From positions 35,154,001 to 35,218,000 of the forward strand of contig NC_083278.1 in NCBI RefSeq assembly GCF_963506605.1: a stretch of 64,000 bases of DNA, written 5' to 3'. The notes beneath the pieces were generated by a model. It ran no database searches and was not told the DNA's origin. It saw only the letters and a program-made list of their open reading frames with translations. Both the position numbers and the translations under genes were made by a program. The DNA is from Zootoca vivipara. Its lineage: Eukaryota. Shown here in pieces: positions 50,576-62,425 of the stretch. The stretch's first letter is position 1. Every line of letters begins with the position of its first letter.

Positions 50576-51875
50576 TATACTGGAGCAATCAAACTTTCAA
50601 GTTCCCATTCTCTTGAATGGAAGCTCTCACCAGAGTTAGGATTGTGTAGATTTAGTCCACATCCCCTAAGTGCCATCTTAAAACTCTTTAATCACACGAT
50701 CGCCTAGGCTGTATTTCTGTAGACCTGGGAGTAAGCCCCATCAAGCACAGTTTGACTGACTTCCAAGAAAACATTCATACGATTTTACTGCAAGAACATA
50801 CATTTTAAACCAGATTTGTATAATCTCTGAATCTAGAGAACAAAGCACATGGTTTTTAAAATTCAGCTACAGTCAAAAGTGTGGTAAATACTTGACAAAA
50901 TGAAGAAGCTGGAGCCTAAAGTCAAGTTGTGGAAAATAGGATTATTCACTATTTGCCTGGGTGGGAAATGAAAGTCTAATGGGGTGTGCTATTGTCTGTG
51001 GGCAACATGAAAACAATGAGTACAGGGCTGTTTCATCTGAAATGATCATTTCCTTGCTCTGAAGGTTTGGAGTGAAAACCTGGTCCCATTCCAGCTGATG
51101 ACAAGCACAACTTCGGATTGGTAAGGGGAGATGGAATTTAGCTCAGCATCAGTGGGTGGCATAAGCAGAGCCAGAATCACCCCAGTGTGTCATCCACACA
51201 TGCAAACAAACCTTTACAATTCTGTTCTGTCTTTGCATTTTCATTATTGTCAAATAAAGCTGAAGGCTTTAAAGAAGGCCTTTCACTCATTCATTCAACA
51301 GAATAAAAAACAACAGGTGAACGACAAAACAGAGATGTACTGAAGGCTATTTAGCTAAACTGCTTTCCTCAATAATACAGCTGGGATTTCAACTGAACAC
51401 AAACACAAACACACACACACACACACACACACAAGGAAGAAAACGATTCACTGTAAATTATCCACAAGAGGCTTTTCTTATTTTTCATGGGGAATTGGGC
51501 ATGTAACATACTATATCTCTAGCAGCAGGGGCTTTGCAGTCAGCATTGTCAAACACTTTGTCGGAGTCCTACAAACACAAACTTTAAATAAAAAGCCAGC
51601 AAAGGAGCTATTGTCTAGTCATTTATATTTATAGATGTATGAATGTCTTGGAAGCTTCTGGTCTTCACCTACAAAATCCTACTGGCAAGGGGTTGGCGAC
51701 TTGCAGTATTTGGTGCTGTCCTGAAGGGGTGATTAGATGGGGGGAAAGGGAGGGACCCACAATCCATTTTGAAATAGCACCAAAAAGGGAATTTCCAATA
51801 ATTCTATTTGTTTAAACTTACCACCCCAGTGGTCCTCTGAAATGATGCCAAAGGGTTTTTTTGTGTCCCCTTCCA

Positions 51876-51877
<2 letters not shown>

Positions 51878-51928
<51 letters not shown>
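51878..51928. repeat. (CA)n microsatellite
   Basis: Direct read. Confidence 0.95.
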
Positions 51929-51930
<2 letters not shown>

Positions 51931-52328
51931 AGGAGATGGACTATGGACTGAACGTCTTTGCTGGTGAATGAGGTCAGATGTCATTCTTTATATATAGAAA
52001 CTGATGATGAGCTATGTTTTCTGCCCTATTTAATATTTATTTGCCTATGAACTTGCTGTTGAGCATCTCAACAAGATCAGCATATTTCCTACCATGCTGG
52101 ATTTGGTTTTTACTTGCATATTTTACACACAATGATTCCAGGCTCATTCATTTTTAAATGCCCATTCATGTGTGCTTGGCTTAAGGGGAAGCAAGGAATG
52201 ATATCAATGAGATATTTCCATATTGTTTGGCAACTAACTTGGCAAAACTTTTTCCCTCCCAGTCCCACCTTCAATTTCAGGGAGTTTTACCCTCAATTTG
52301 TTTTCTCCTACTCAGGGGGGGGGGGGAG

Positions 52329-52586
52329 TAGGACTTCAACCAGTGGCTTCAAGTTACAAGAAAGGAGATTCCAGCCAAACATCAGGAAGAACCGTTTGCA
52401 GTTAAGAGCTGTTCAGCAGTGGAACAGACTCCCTCAGGAGGTAGTGGCCTCTCCTTCCTTGGAGCTTTTTAAGTAGAGGTTGGGTGGCCCATCTACCATG
52501 GATGCTTTAGCTGAAATTCCTCGTTGCAGGGGGTTGGACTAGATGACCCTTGGGGTCCTTTCCAACTCTACGACTTTATGATTTAT
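52329..52586 (+). mobile_element. CR1 LINE 3' end
   Basis: FKLQERRF..NIRKN...RAVQQWNRLPQEVV.SPSLELFK, then the GGTTGGACTAGATG...TCCAAC hairpin and a degenerate ATTCTATG-like tail. Confidence 0.9.
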
Positions 52587-52948
52587 ATGGGCCTGCTATT
52601 GTGCTTCTATCAGTAATTACTGTTTGTGTTTGTTCTCTTCAGCAAAGTGCTTAGGGACCCTCATCAACCATCAATTTGAGAGCAAGGGACCTCTGCAGAT
52701 AATGCAAAGAGTTTGGGCCACCAGATATGTTGCTTGTGCTCCTCTCTTTCCCAAGCAGTGAGAAGTCCCAGATTTAGTACTCCAAGGTTTAGTTTCCTTT
52801 GTGTGTATGTGTTTGCATGTTAGTAACACAAGCAGAGCACATTGGAAGCAAAGAGGCACTCATATCATATAGCAGGCACCCAAAACTGCTATGCCAGCAT
52901 CAAAGCAAGCCACAAGGTACTTCTCCTTTAACTACCCCCTCTGTCAAG

Positions 52949-53302
52949 GGGACGCGGGTGGCGCTGTGGGTTAAACCACAGAGCCTAGGGCTTGTTGATC
53001 AGAAGGTCGGTGGTTTGAATCTCTGCGACAGGGTGAGCTCCTGTTGCTCGGTCACAGCTCCTGCCAACCTAGCAGTTCAAAAGCACATCAAGTGCAAGTA
53101 GATAAATAGGTACCGCTACAGCGGGAAGATAAACGGCGTTTCCGTGTGCTGTTCCGGTTTGCCGGAAGGGGCTTTGTCATGCTGGCCACATGACCCGGAA
53201 ACTGTACGCTGGCTCCCTCGGCCAATAACGCGAGATGAGTACCACAACCCCAGAGTTGGTCACGACTGGACCTAATGGTCAGGGGTCCCTTTACCTTTGA
53301 CT
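52949..53302 (+). mobile_element. Full-length Sauria SINE
   Basis: GGGACGCGGGTGGCGCTG head, ACCTTT tail and a 10-bp TSD CTCTGTCAAG. Confidence 0.92.
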
Positions 53303-53487
53303 CTCTGTCAAGCTCAAACTATATATTCCACAGTTATGTGTTTCTTTTCTCTGTGTTTTTCTTCTTCTTCTAAATCAAAACCAGCCTGGGTAGGTTGCAT
53401 TCAGGACCAGAGGAAAGGCAGATAAAGAGAGGCATTAATCATTCCTCTCCAGCTCATCACCACTCATTTCCCCATATCTTTCTTTAT

Positions 53488-53714
53488 ACCTTGAGCTTGT
53501 TTGCAGGTTCTAGCAGGGGAGCGCAGCTACTGTATACCCTTGACCGAAGAATGGTACACTTCTATCTGGGATGGTCGTCCTCTTCCATTGAGCGTGCAGC
53601 TTCGGGAGGAACACACATGGAGTGGTGAGGGAGGAAGACACCCAGCCAGATCAGTCAAATCAACCCTGGTGATCAATGGGGTGACAGATGTTGCAGCCAG
53701 ATTGTCCTCACACC
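53488..53714 (-). pseudogene. RN7SK: 7SK snRNA-derived copy (3'-truncated pseudogene)
   Basis: Minus strand GGTGTGAGG...ACATCTGTCACCCCATTGATC...GAAGAGGACGACCATCCC...TCTTCGGTCAAGGGTATAC...GTAGCTGCGCTCCCCTGCTAGAACCT...AAACAAGCT...CAAGGT matches vertebrate 7SK from memory. It shows CpG decay and lacks the 3' hairpin and oligo-T. Confidence 0.92.
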
Positions 53715-54692
53715 AGGATCTGAGGAGTAGGAGGAGGGTCTTCAGCTCTAAGGCTCACTCCAAGGCAAGTTTTTGCTCTATAACCAACCCTCAGTACTTG
53801 TTTTTATCCCTCTCTTCCGTTTTACTTTTTAACTTCTTTTAGTGCTTCTTCTAGTGCTGCATTTTGTTGTTTTAATATTGTTTTATCTCGTTATTTTATT
53901 GCTCTAACTCCCCTATATTGCGAGGCTGCAAGAAGTTGGGCTGGGCTGGGTTGAGCACCTTGCCAGGCACTGCCAAACGAAAGGTCATGTCAAACTTTAT
54001 AAGATACAAACTATAAATTAAGGAAAAGAAACACCCTAATCGTCAGAATTGTGGTGAGTCCAGGTGGCAGCTACAGTGAACCCCCAAAGTGTTTTTTTCC
54101 TGCTGGATGGCACTGACTCTGGCCTTGCAAATTCAAGGCCAACGTATTCAGAGATAATTGACTTCCGCAAACCGTTGATAACCAACTATATTTACTATGG
54201 TACTTACTAGAAAGAACTGCAAATATCTGGGAATCATGCAAGTCTTGTTAATCAGTTCCACAGAAACCCGAAGGAGACAGAGTAAAATTACTCATTATTT
54301 TCTCCAAAAGGAAGAGAGTAAGAGGGACCTGAACGGGTTAATTTTAGATGAGGCTATTCTTCCACCTTCCACTGTGATTGGTCAACTCAGCTTAAAGAGC
54401 TCCGACAAGATCCCGAGAATACCGTATAAACTACTCAATAAGCCTGGCCCAAGAACTGGCCTTAGCTGAGAATGCCTATAAGGCAAATATAACTGATTTA
54501 ACAACACAAAGGCTGCCTTCTGAGCTTGGAAAAAAACCTTCAAAGTCAGCACGTTACTTTGAAAGGTACCCAAACAGAGGAGAGAGGTGGCTATCTGCAG
54601 GACCAGGTCCACTTGATATGCACGGACCTATCCAACATGGAAAAAAATCTTAACGATAACAAATGAGTTACTTCTGACCCTAGTGGAAAATT

Positions 54693-56131
54693 CTACAAGT
54701 TATGGTTTTCTCAAGAAAATATAGGCCCCACAGTTGGCGAATGGACCATCAGCCAATCAAACAGGTCAAAGCTTTCAAATATTTGGGCCTTATCTTCTAG
54801 TCCACGGGGTCATGGGGAGCACACCAAAAATGTGCAAAAGAAAAAGCATCCAAAAGTGCCAAGACTTTGACTCACTTTTTCTATACAAAGGGTGGCAAAC
54901 ATATACCATCAGCCCTAGAAGTCTTCCAAGCTAAACCCCTAGCACAGTTACTATACGGGGCTCAGATTTGGACTGGTAACCACTTTAGCACTTTGGAAGC
55001 TGTTCAACCAAAGTTTCTAAGGCAGATTTTTTCTATACCGCCATGCATCCCAAACGCATCATTACGACTGGAGGCAAGTCTCCCTGCAGTAGAAGTACGG
55101 ACTTGGCAAATAACTTTTAACTTGTGGCTGTACCTAAACTCAACCCACCCCACCCCACCCCCGGTTTACTATCCCTAGTACTTCAAGACTCCTATAATAG
55201 TGCCTGGCTTAAAACTGTCTATCAAAAACTCCACTCTTGTGGCCTATCCCCTACTCACTATGGGCCCTACCCAAAGCAAACAGTCTAATTGGCCAACGTC
55301 TAAAAGATATTGAGCATCAGAACAACCTGGCCACTATAAGGAAATTCTGCCCTTGGTATGTTCATTTTCCACCTATCCATTTTGATTCTCTGGCCCCATA
55401 TCTGCACAAACATATTATCCCAAAATACAGACGTGCTTTTGCACTTGCAAGACTGGATATTTTGCCATCTGCTGTACTTGAGGGTCGATTCCAAAAGATC
55501 CCGCCTGAGAAATGTCTTTGCTTCTGTGGAGACAGTAGCACCGAATCAGTGGCACACATCCTCCTGTCTTGCACTCTCTACAAAGGCCTGAGGAACGAGA
55601 TCATCACCCCACTCGTACTAACCATCCCAGGGTGGTCAACCATTGCCACAATGTCCTTTCTTCTATCAGATCAAAATGAGCAGATAACAGCAAAGGTTGC
55701 TAGGTTCATAGCAGGGGCAATCAGAATAAGGGCCACTAACTGACTGCTGATTCAGGACTTTAAATTGTGCTCTTATATCAAATTTCTTTTTCTGCGTATA
55801 CAGTCATACCTCTTGTTACGAATGCTGCGGGTTGCGTACGACACGGGATACGCACGCGGCGAACCCAGAAGTACTGGAATGGGTTACTTCCGGGTTTGGC
55901 GGTTCGTGCATGCGCAGACACGACGAATGATGTCATGCGCATGTGCAGAAGTGCCGAATCACGCCACACACAGGAGCAGACGCGCCGCTTCATATTGCGT
56001 ACTGCTCATGTTGTGTACAGGGCTCCGGAACGGATCCCATACGCAACATGAGGTACTGTACTGTAATATTTTATTGTTACTATGGCCATTGGCAATGCGA
56101 ATAAAGTTTTATCTTACCTTATCTTACCTTT
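54693..56131 (+). mobile_element. RTE-X-like non-LTR retrotransposon, 3' part (end of RT plus C-terminal zinc finger)
   Basis: VMVFS..IKQVKAFKYLGL, LLYGAQIW, LEAVQPKFLRQI, RRAFALARL and CFCGDSSTESVAHILLSC. Ends with AATAAAG and a (TTATCTTACC)n tail. Frameshifted. Confidence 0.8.
55801..56063. mobile_element. Tigger-like MITE inserted in the LINE 3' UTR
   Basis: TA|CAGTCATACCTC...GAGGTACTGTACTG|TA with a CpG-rich body. Confidence 0.75.
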
Positions 56132-57049
56132 CTTTATACAAGTGAAGAAGCAGCTTGGGAAGGGTGTTTCTGAGCTGAAAAGCAACTGGCGGAAAATGAT
56201 CAAGTAACTTCTTTCTGCACTCAACTTACAGCCTATTCAGGCTGATTTTGGTTGTTCCACAGAAAGGAAGAAAATAACAGAACCCATGAAGTTTGAACCT
56301 TTCAGCACAACCTTATGCATGTTTACTCAGATGTGCTCATTTACTCCCAGGCAAGTATGCTTTGTAGCATTTACATCATTCTCTGTAGTGTTTCATAAAA
56401 GTCCCACGGATTCAATGAGACCTATTCCTATGTAAGTGTGTCTAGATTTACAGCCTCCAAATTTACTCTTCCAAATTATGCTGGGTATTATATTCCAAAA
56501 GCTGAAGAGAGATTCGAAACCATTCAGAAACCATCTCCTATCATTAACGTTCATCGATGAATGTGGTTCAATAGGGAGGCTCACACCAGATTCCTAATTA
56601 GCCAGACTTTATTCAGTAATGCATTACCGGACAGAGTCCAAAAGAGTCTGTGAGAGCACATCCATTAGCACACACCCAATATAGGAAAAATGCATCATCC
56701 CGGCTGCTCCATCTTCTCCCCAACCATCTTATGCCACTTCATCACCCCACCATCTCACATCCAAGCACAGTCTTAGGAAGCACTTGTTCTAACCAAGGCT
56801 TTTGTGTTTCTTTTTTGCTGCACATGCCAAGTATTCCTTGCATCTTCTCTGTTGTTTTTCACTCTAACATTCAGGTTAGATTACTCCTAAGCTGGTTCCT
56901 ACCATTTTCAGTTCTTAAAGTGGTTCTTAACAGTTCTGTGGTCAGGCCACACCCTCACATAAGTGCACTGGTCTGACTGATATTTTGCACAATTCTTACA
57001 TCTTGTAACATCCGACTGATCATCCTGGGTTATTCAATCACCTGGGCTC

Positions 57050-57300
57050 TGGTTACTTATGGGATACTCTTCTCTGACATGGACCTCCTTGTACAATAAG
57101 ATAATCGGAGGAAGCCATATGCTCAATCCCATCTTTACTGATGGGGACAAGGAACAGGGCATTCTCAGCAATTGCCCCTACACTTTTGCCATGCTGTCCT
57201 GCAGAAATTTGCAGTGCCAGCTGTATTGCTAGTTTTGGGGAAAGTATAAGTACAACGTATTTCAGCAATTGTGTAGGTTTCAGATGTGGGTTTTATGGCT
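57050..57300 (+). mobile_element. Old L2 3' fragment
   Basis: TRNRAFSAIAPTL motif. Confidence 0.45.
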
Positions 57301-57739
57301 ATAATTGTGGCTGCTTTCAGGTGAGGTGTGCCCTTTTTGTCATTTCAAAGGGTTGGTTTTCTGTTTTAATATGAATTTGGTGAGGAATCTCATTTAACAT
57401 AGTGTAAGCATCTGGTGAGGTATAAATTATCTAAGAAACAGGAATACTAACAAGTCATTGGGGTAACCAAAGCATCTATTATACCAATGTGATAATAACA
57501 TTCACTAAAAATGATGAATTCTGAGGCGAATTTTCGATTTAATCTTTGGTTGGGATTGGTTCTGGGTGACTTGGTTCAAATCCTTATTCAGCCATGTGCT
57601 CATTAAATGGAAGTGAGCAAATTGCCCTTAGCCTCACTATCTGTTTCTGTAAAAAAATTATCAATATGAATAACCTTATCTGTCAGGATTGTTATGCCTA
57701 TGCGTGGCATGAAGTGGGTAGAGAATTTTGCTACGCCAA

Positions 57740-57906
57740 CAGGGCTGCCATACATCCGAGTTTTCCTGGATACGTCCTGGAATCAGACTGTCAAAATGGC
57801 ATCTGGGCGAATTTTTGCCGAATTGGCAAAATGTCCAGTAACTAGGGCAATTCTTTAAGAAAATAAATTTGTCCGGATTTTCACTTTTGGGAATATGGCA
57901 ACCCTA
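57740..57906. mobile_element. hAT MITE (AGGG(C/T)TGCCATA TIRs)
   Basis: TIRs CAGGGCTGCCATA / TATGGCAACCCTA. 8-bp TSD TACGCCAA / TACACCAA with one CpG-type mismatch. Confidence 0.8.
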
Positions 57907-57997
57907 TACACCAAGGACTGGGTTACTTTAAAAATTACAGTCACTTCACTAAGGCTTCTAAAAGCACTTTTCTGTGTTAGTGCTCCTTGTAGTGGTC

Positions 57998-58038
<41 letters not shown>

Positions 58039-58064
58039 CAACAACAACAACAACAACAATAAAC

Positions 58065-59040
58065 ATGCTGGTGTACCACCTACCATGCTGCCTAGATGTA
58101 ACAGATGGGGTCTTAAGCATGGTACTGAAAACCTCTGAGCTGCCAGTACCGGGGGATTTCAATATCCATGTTGAGACCACCAGATCCAGAGCAGTTCTGG
58201 GCTTCATTGCCACCATGACAAGCCTAGTGTGTGCTCATGATCAAGCCTTCTCAGTGGCAGTGAAGGCTGTGGATATATTTTCTCTCTTTTTGCTGCATCC
58301 ATTGCATTACCTATATGCTCTTCTATAGAGATTTCTGTATGGTTTGTGGCCTTTTACATGCTGGCTCAAATGACCCTGTGGAACCCTCAGGATCAGCTTC
58401 AGTTGCTATGGCTCAAACACATGGATCAGGTATTTGTACTGGTGCGGGTGTCTTGCTCTTTGTGGTTGGTAAAAATCTAGCAAGAAGAGATAACCAATTT
58501 TGCCAGGGAGGTGATCAATGTCTCCTTGTGAGAGAGGGTAGTTGCAGGTCACCTGAAAGAGGTGGTAGGAAGACCACTCCTTAAGAAACCTTCCATGGAC
58601 CTGGAAGGTTTGAATAATTATAGACCTTCCCAGTCAAGGTTCTTGAAAGGGTGGTTGGTGACCAAATCCAGGCACTATTGGATGAGACAGATTTTCTGAA
58701 TTAGTTTCAGTCTGGGTTCAGATTTGGTTTTGGCACACAAACCACATTGGTCACCTTTGTCAGGAGAGATACACTCTTTAATCTCAGGGTTGTAGGTTTG
58801 AGCCCCATGCTGGGCAAAAGATTCCTACATTACAGGGGATTGGACCAGATTACCCTCATGGTCCCCTTCCAACTCTACAGTTCTCTGATTCTCTCCCTGC
58901 CATGGTGATTCCCTTTGATCTTTTGGTGACCTTAAATACCATCATTATGGTATTCTTCTGGAGTGGCTGTCAGAGGTGGGAGTGGGCACTCCAAGAGTGG
59001 TTTGAGTCCTATTTGGATAGCTGGCTCGAGAAGAAGATAT
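58065..59040 (+). mobile_element. Fragmented L2 ORF2 (endonuclease and RT pieces)
   Basis: GDFNIHV (APE endonuclease motif) and KVLERVVGDQIQALLDETDFL..FQSGFR.G.GT.T.L (RT). Confidence 0.75.
58770..58893 (+). mobile_element. tRNA-Lys-headed SINE with CR1-derived tail, inserted in L2
   Basis: CTTTTAATCTCAGGGTTGTAGGTTTGAGCCCCA head, then the CR1 3' hairpin TTGGAC...TCCAAC and a TTCTCTGATTCT tail. Confidence 0.75.
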
Positions 59041-60494
59041 TGTTCACCCACATTAACCAACTCTGCATCTTTTGTGCCCTCCACAATGCAACACAAATGT
59101 ACCATGTTTTCCAGCAATGGCACAGTAAGGATGGAGGAAATCAGTGCTACAATGGCACCTATAGCTCCTGCTGAACTGACGATGGGATTCATATCGGATC
59201 TTATTCCAAGCCTGCCACTGAAATGCCACAGTGATGCCTAATTGTAAGCATGTCTTTCTAATCAACAATATCTACGCTCACTTCGAAAAAGTTATCTTTT
59301 GTCTTGCTTTGTGTGCCTCATCTTTGGATGACAGTCTCTTCGGGAAAAGGAATGTGCCTTATCTGTCCTGGGTGGGGAGAACTTTAGTTTTGCTAAAACT
59401 GATAATACTAAATGCAAAAATAGCATGGACTTCACAAGCTGTGCAGGTCTTATCTAGCCTCAGCCATTTCCAACACAATAATGATAACAAGAAATATGTC
59501 ATATCCCCATCAACAATGTCTTTGCAGGTTGTTGGTAACATGGTATCTTACATCTGTTTTTAACAGACTTGTGCGCACATCACACACTTTAAATTATTTT
59601 CCAGAGTTCCGAATAAGCAATTAAAAGAGAAATATAGATGCTGTTCACTCTGTCACTTGACTGTTTCTTGGAATGTCTGATGCTAACATGATATAATTGC
59701 ACTTCGCATCTCCCTACTCCTCCTTCTGTCATTGGATAGCAGTGGAGGGAGGAGCACAGTGCAATAATGTCATGCGTTGTTTGTATTAGATGCTATAAGA
59801 AAGAGAACGAAGACATACAGAGCAGTGGCAATTCTGTGTAACATCTGTTTGGGCCCTGAGGAGTTAAAAAAAACAGAGCTGAAATCTTTGGCAGTACCCT
59901 AGCAAGAAATTAGTGAGAAGGTAGAGATGAATACAAGAGCAGAATGCAAAGCCTTATCAGTTTACAACAATGTCGTTTACATAAGTCAGCAGTATACAAT
60001 ACGGTACATAAGGGGGTAAAAATGGTATCTAATCTAGAATCCACAGGAAACTGTATGCTGGAGAAATGTACCTCCTGGCAAATATTGTTGGGGATGGTGA
60101 TTAGGAAAGGACAAAGAGATAGGAGAGAGAGAGAGAAAGGAAAGTGAAATATGAAATATCTATTACAGACCACATGACTAGAAGCAGACACAATAAGAGT
60201 GATGGATTTGCTAAGACATCTAATGCATTAGCCCTGTTTCTGAGTAATGGCTAAACCCAGGAAAAGATGGGAGAACTGAAAATATCAAGCAATCACGTTT
60301 ACAACTACAATAGTTGAGATAAAGTAGAAGCTGGATGGTGGGAGGTGGCATTTAGCTTCATGAAACTCTTTTTCCAGAGGTGGAATAAGAGCTTTTGATT
60401 GATGCGGCAGATTCTCTTTGCTTGAAATTGCAGTGATAACAAGGACAAGTGGTAAGCAGACTTTTGTTTCATTGCTTATATGGGTCTGTCTGTA

Positions 60495-60767
60495 AAGGTA
60501 AAGGTAAAGGACCCCTGGATGGTTAAGTCCAGTCAAAGGCGACTATGGGGTTGTGGCGCCCATCTTGCTTTCAGGCTGAGGGAGACGGTGTTTGTCCGCA
60601 GACAGCTTTCCGGGTCATGTGGCCAGCATGACTAAACTGCTTCTGGTGCATGGAGCACCGTGACAAGTGCCAGAGCGCACGGAAACACTGTTTACTTACT
60701 GCCAACTTTCTGATCAGCAAACCCAAGAGGCTCAGTGGTTTATACCACAGCGCCACCTGCGTCCGTA
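60495..60767 (-). mobile_element. Sauria SINE with internal deletion (second subfamily)
   Basis: AAAGGT tail, CCACAGCGCCACC head and a 13-bp TSD GGGTCTGTCTGTA. Confidence 0.92.
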
Positions 60768-61079
60768 GGGTCTGTCTGTATGTTATATTTAGCCCTCAGC
60801 CATCCTCTTTCTCATAGCAAAGTATCACAACATATCAGAACTCTTTGGGGAGAAGAGGTCAAAGAGATATTAGTATGCCTTCCACATTTTGAAATGCAGC
60901 AATTTGGAGGCCCTTGTTTTGCATTCCAAGTGGCACCTGTGATCTTCATGTGGGTGCAAGCATGGGTGACCTTGGAACTGGATAATCCAGAAGAATCCCT
61001 AAACCAATGGCTTATGCCAAAAGAGGGTAGGCAGTTTCCAAAAGGAAGTAACCTGTGCACAAGCTGGAACTACTAGTTC

Positions 61080-61436
61080 TCAATAGTCCAGCCTCCTGCT
61101 CTCACAGTGACCAACCAGATGCCTAGCATAGGAAGCATGCAAGGAGGGCACAAGCCCAAGAGTACTCTCTCCTCCTGTAGTTTCCAGCAACTGCTATTCA
61201 GAAGCATTGTTGCCTCCAACTATGGAGGCAGCCATCCTAGCTAGTAGGCATTGATAGTCTTATCCTCTATGAAATTGTTCAATCATCATCTAAAGGCACC
61301 TAGGTTAGTGGCTATGAGGACACATTAAATATGCACTTCATGGGGATTAAAATTCTTTCTTTCTTTGTCCTGAATCTTCCAACATTAAGCTTGGATGTCC
61401 ATGAATTCTAGTATTATGAGAGAAAGAGAAAAAAAG
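61080..61436 (-). mobile_element. CR1 LINE 3' fragment
   Basis: Reverse-complement similarity to the 21440 CR1 fragment (TTCTCTTTCTCTCATAATACTAGAA...GGACATCCAA). Confidence 0.6.
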
Positions 61437-61502
61437 CATGTTGTTTGCTGAACAGAATCATAACATTGTGGAGTTGGAAGGGACCTTAAGGATCCTCTAG
61501 TC

Positions 61503-61638
61503 CAGGCATCCCCAAACTTCGGCCCTCCAGATGTTTTGGACTACAATTCCCATCTTCCCCGAACACTGGTCCTGTTAGCTAGGGATCATGGGAGTTGTAA
61601 GCCAAAACATCTGGAGGGCTACAGTTTGGGGATGCCTG
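61503..61638. mobile_element. hAT MITE inserted in a CR1 3' tail
   Basis: TIRs CAGGCATCCCCAAACT / AGTTTGGGGATGCCTG with a perfect 8-bp TSD CTCTAGTC. Confidence 0.92.
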
Positions 61639-62373
61639 CTCTAGTCCAAATAGTAAATGCCTCCCCCTCCCAAAACAATGTGTGCAGTACCTGTGATAGG
61701 ATGGGCAGCAACAGCTATAGCCTGCAATGTGGGAGGGAAGGGGCAGTCCTTCAGCCTTTGGAACTTTCAAATAATTGACACATCCAAGTTTCTATACTCA
61801 GCCAAGAGTTAAAAGGGCCTGGATTCCACTACATGCTTTTAGCACAACAGCAAATTGGTTTGCACATAATGGTAAGCCAAATCATGCCTTATCATGAACA
61901 GACAAATCTGATAGTTCCAGGAGATTGCAGCTGCTGTGCTCCTCTCCTGGTCCTTCTGCTGTGAGCTAAACCATAGATTCATTTGGCTTAGCATGGCATC
62001 CAAAATTCTAGTCCTAGTTTGTTTTGCTCCCGACAAACCATGAACGGCAAACCTTGGTTACAGATGGGATATAAATATCTATTTATTTATCTAATGGCAC
62101 AAACTGTTGCAATAGTTATAATAACTGTGTGCATAATATATTCCCAGATGTGAAACACTGTAAGCAACTGTGTGTCCACAACACATTTATTGCAAGCAAG
62201 TTAACTGAATGCTGAAGCAGTCTAATTTGTTGGCAAACTAACCTTTGAGGAAAAGACATTTCTCTACAATGGATGCCAGGTCATTTCACCAATATAAAAA
62301 AAAATTAACCAAAATTAGAATAAGGAAAGGGAAAATATTGACAGTGTGTGGAAATCTAAGTAATCAATGTCTT

Positions 62374-62374
<1 letters not shown>

Positions 62375-62423
<49 letters not shown>
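62375..62423. repeat. (CA)n microsatellite
   Basis: Direct read. Confidence 0.95.

Positions 62424-62425
<2 letters not shown>

Noticed and set aside
53488-53714. Functional 7SK gene
   Set aside because: It lacks the 3' hairpin and terminator, has a mutated GAUC and CpG decay, and has no upstream TATA.
58770-58815. tRNA-Lys gene
   Set aside because: Only a degenerate 3' half is present, fused to a CR1-type tail. It is a SINE head.
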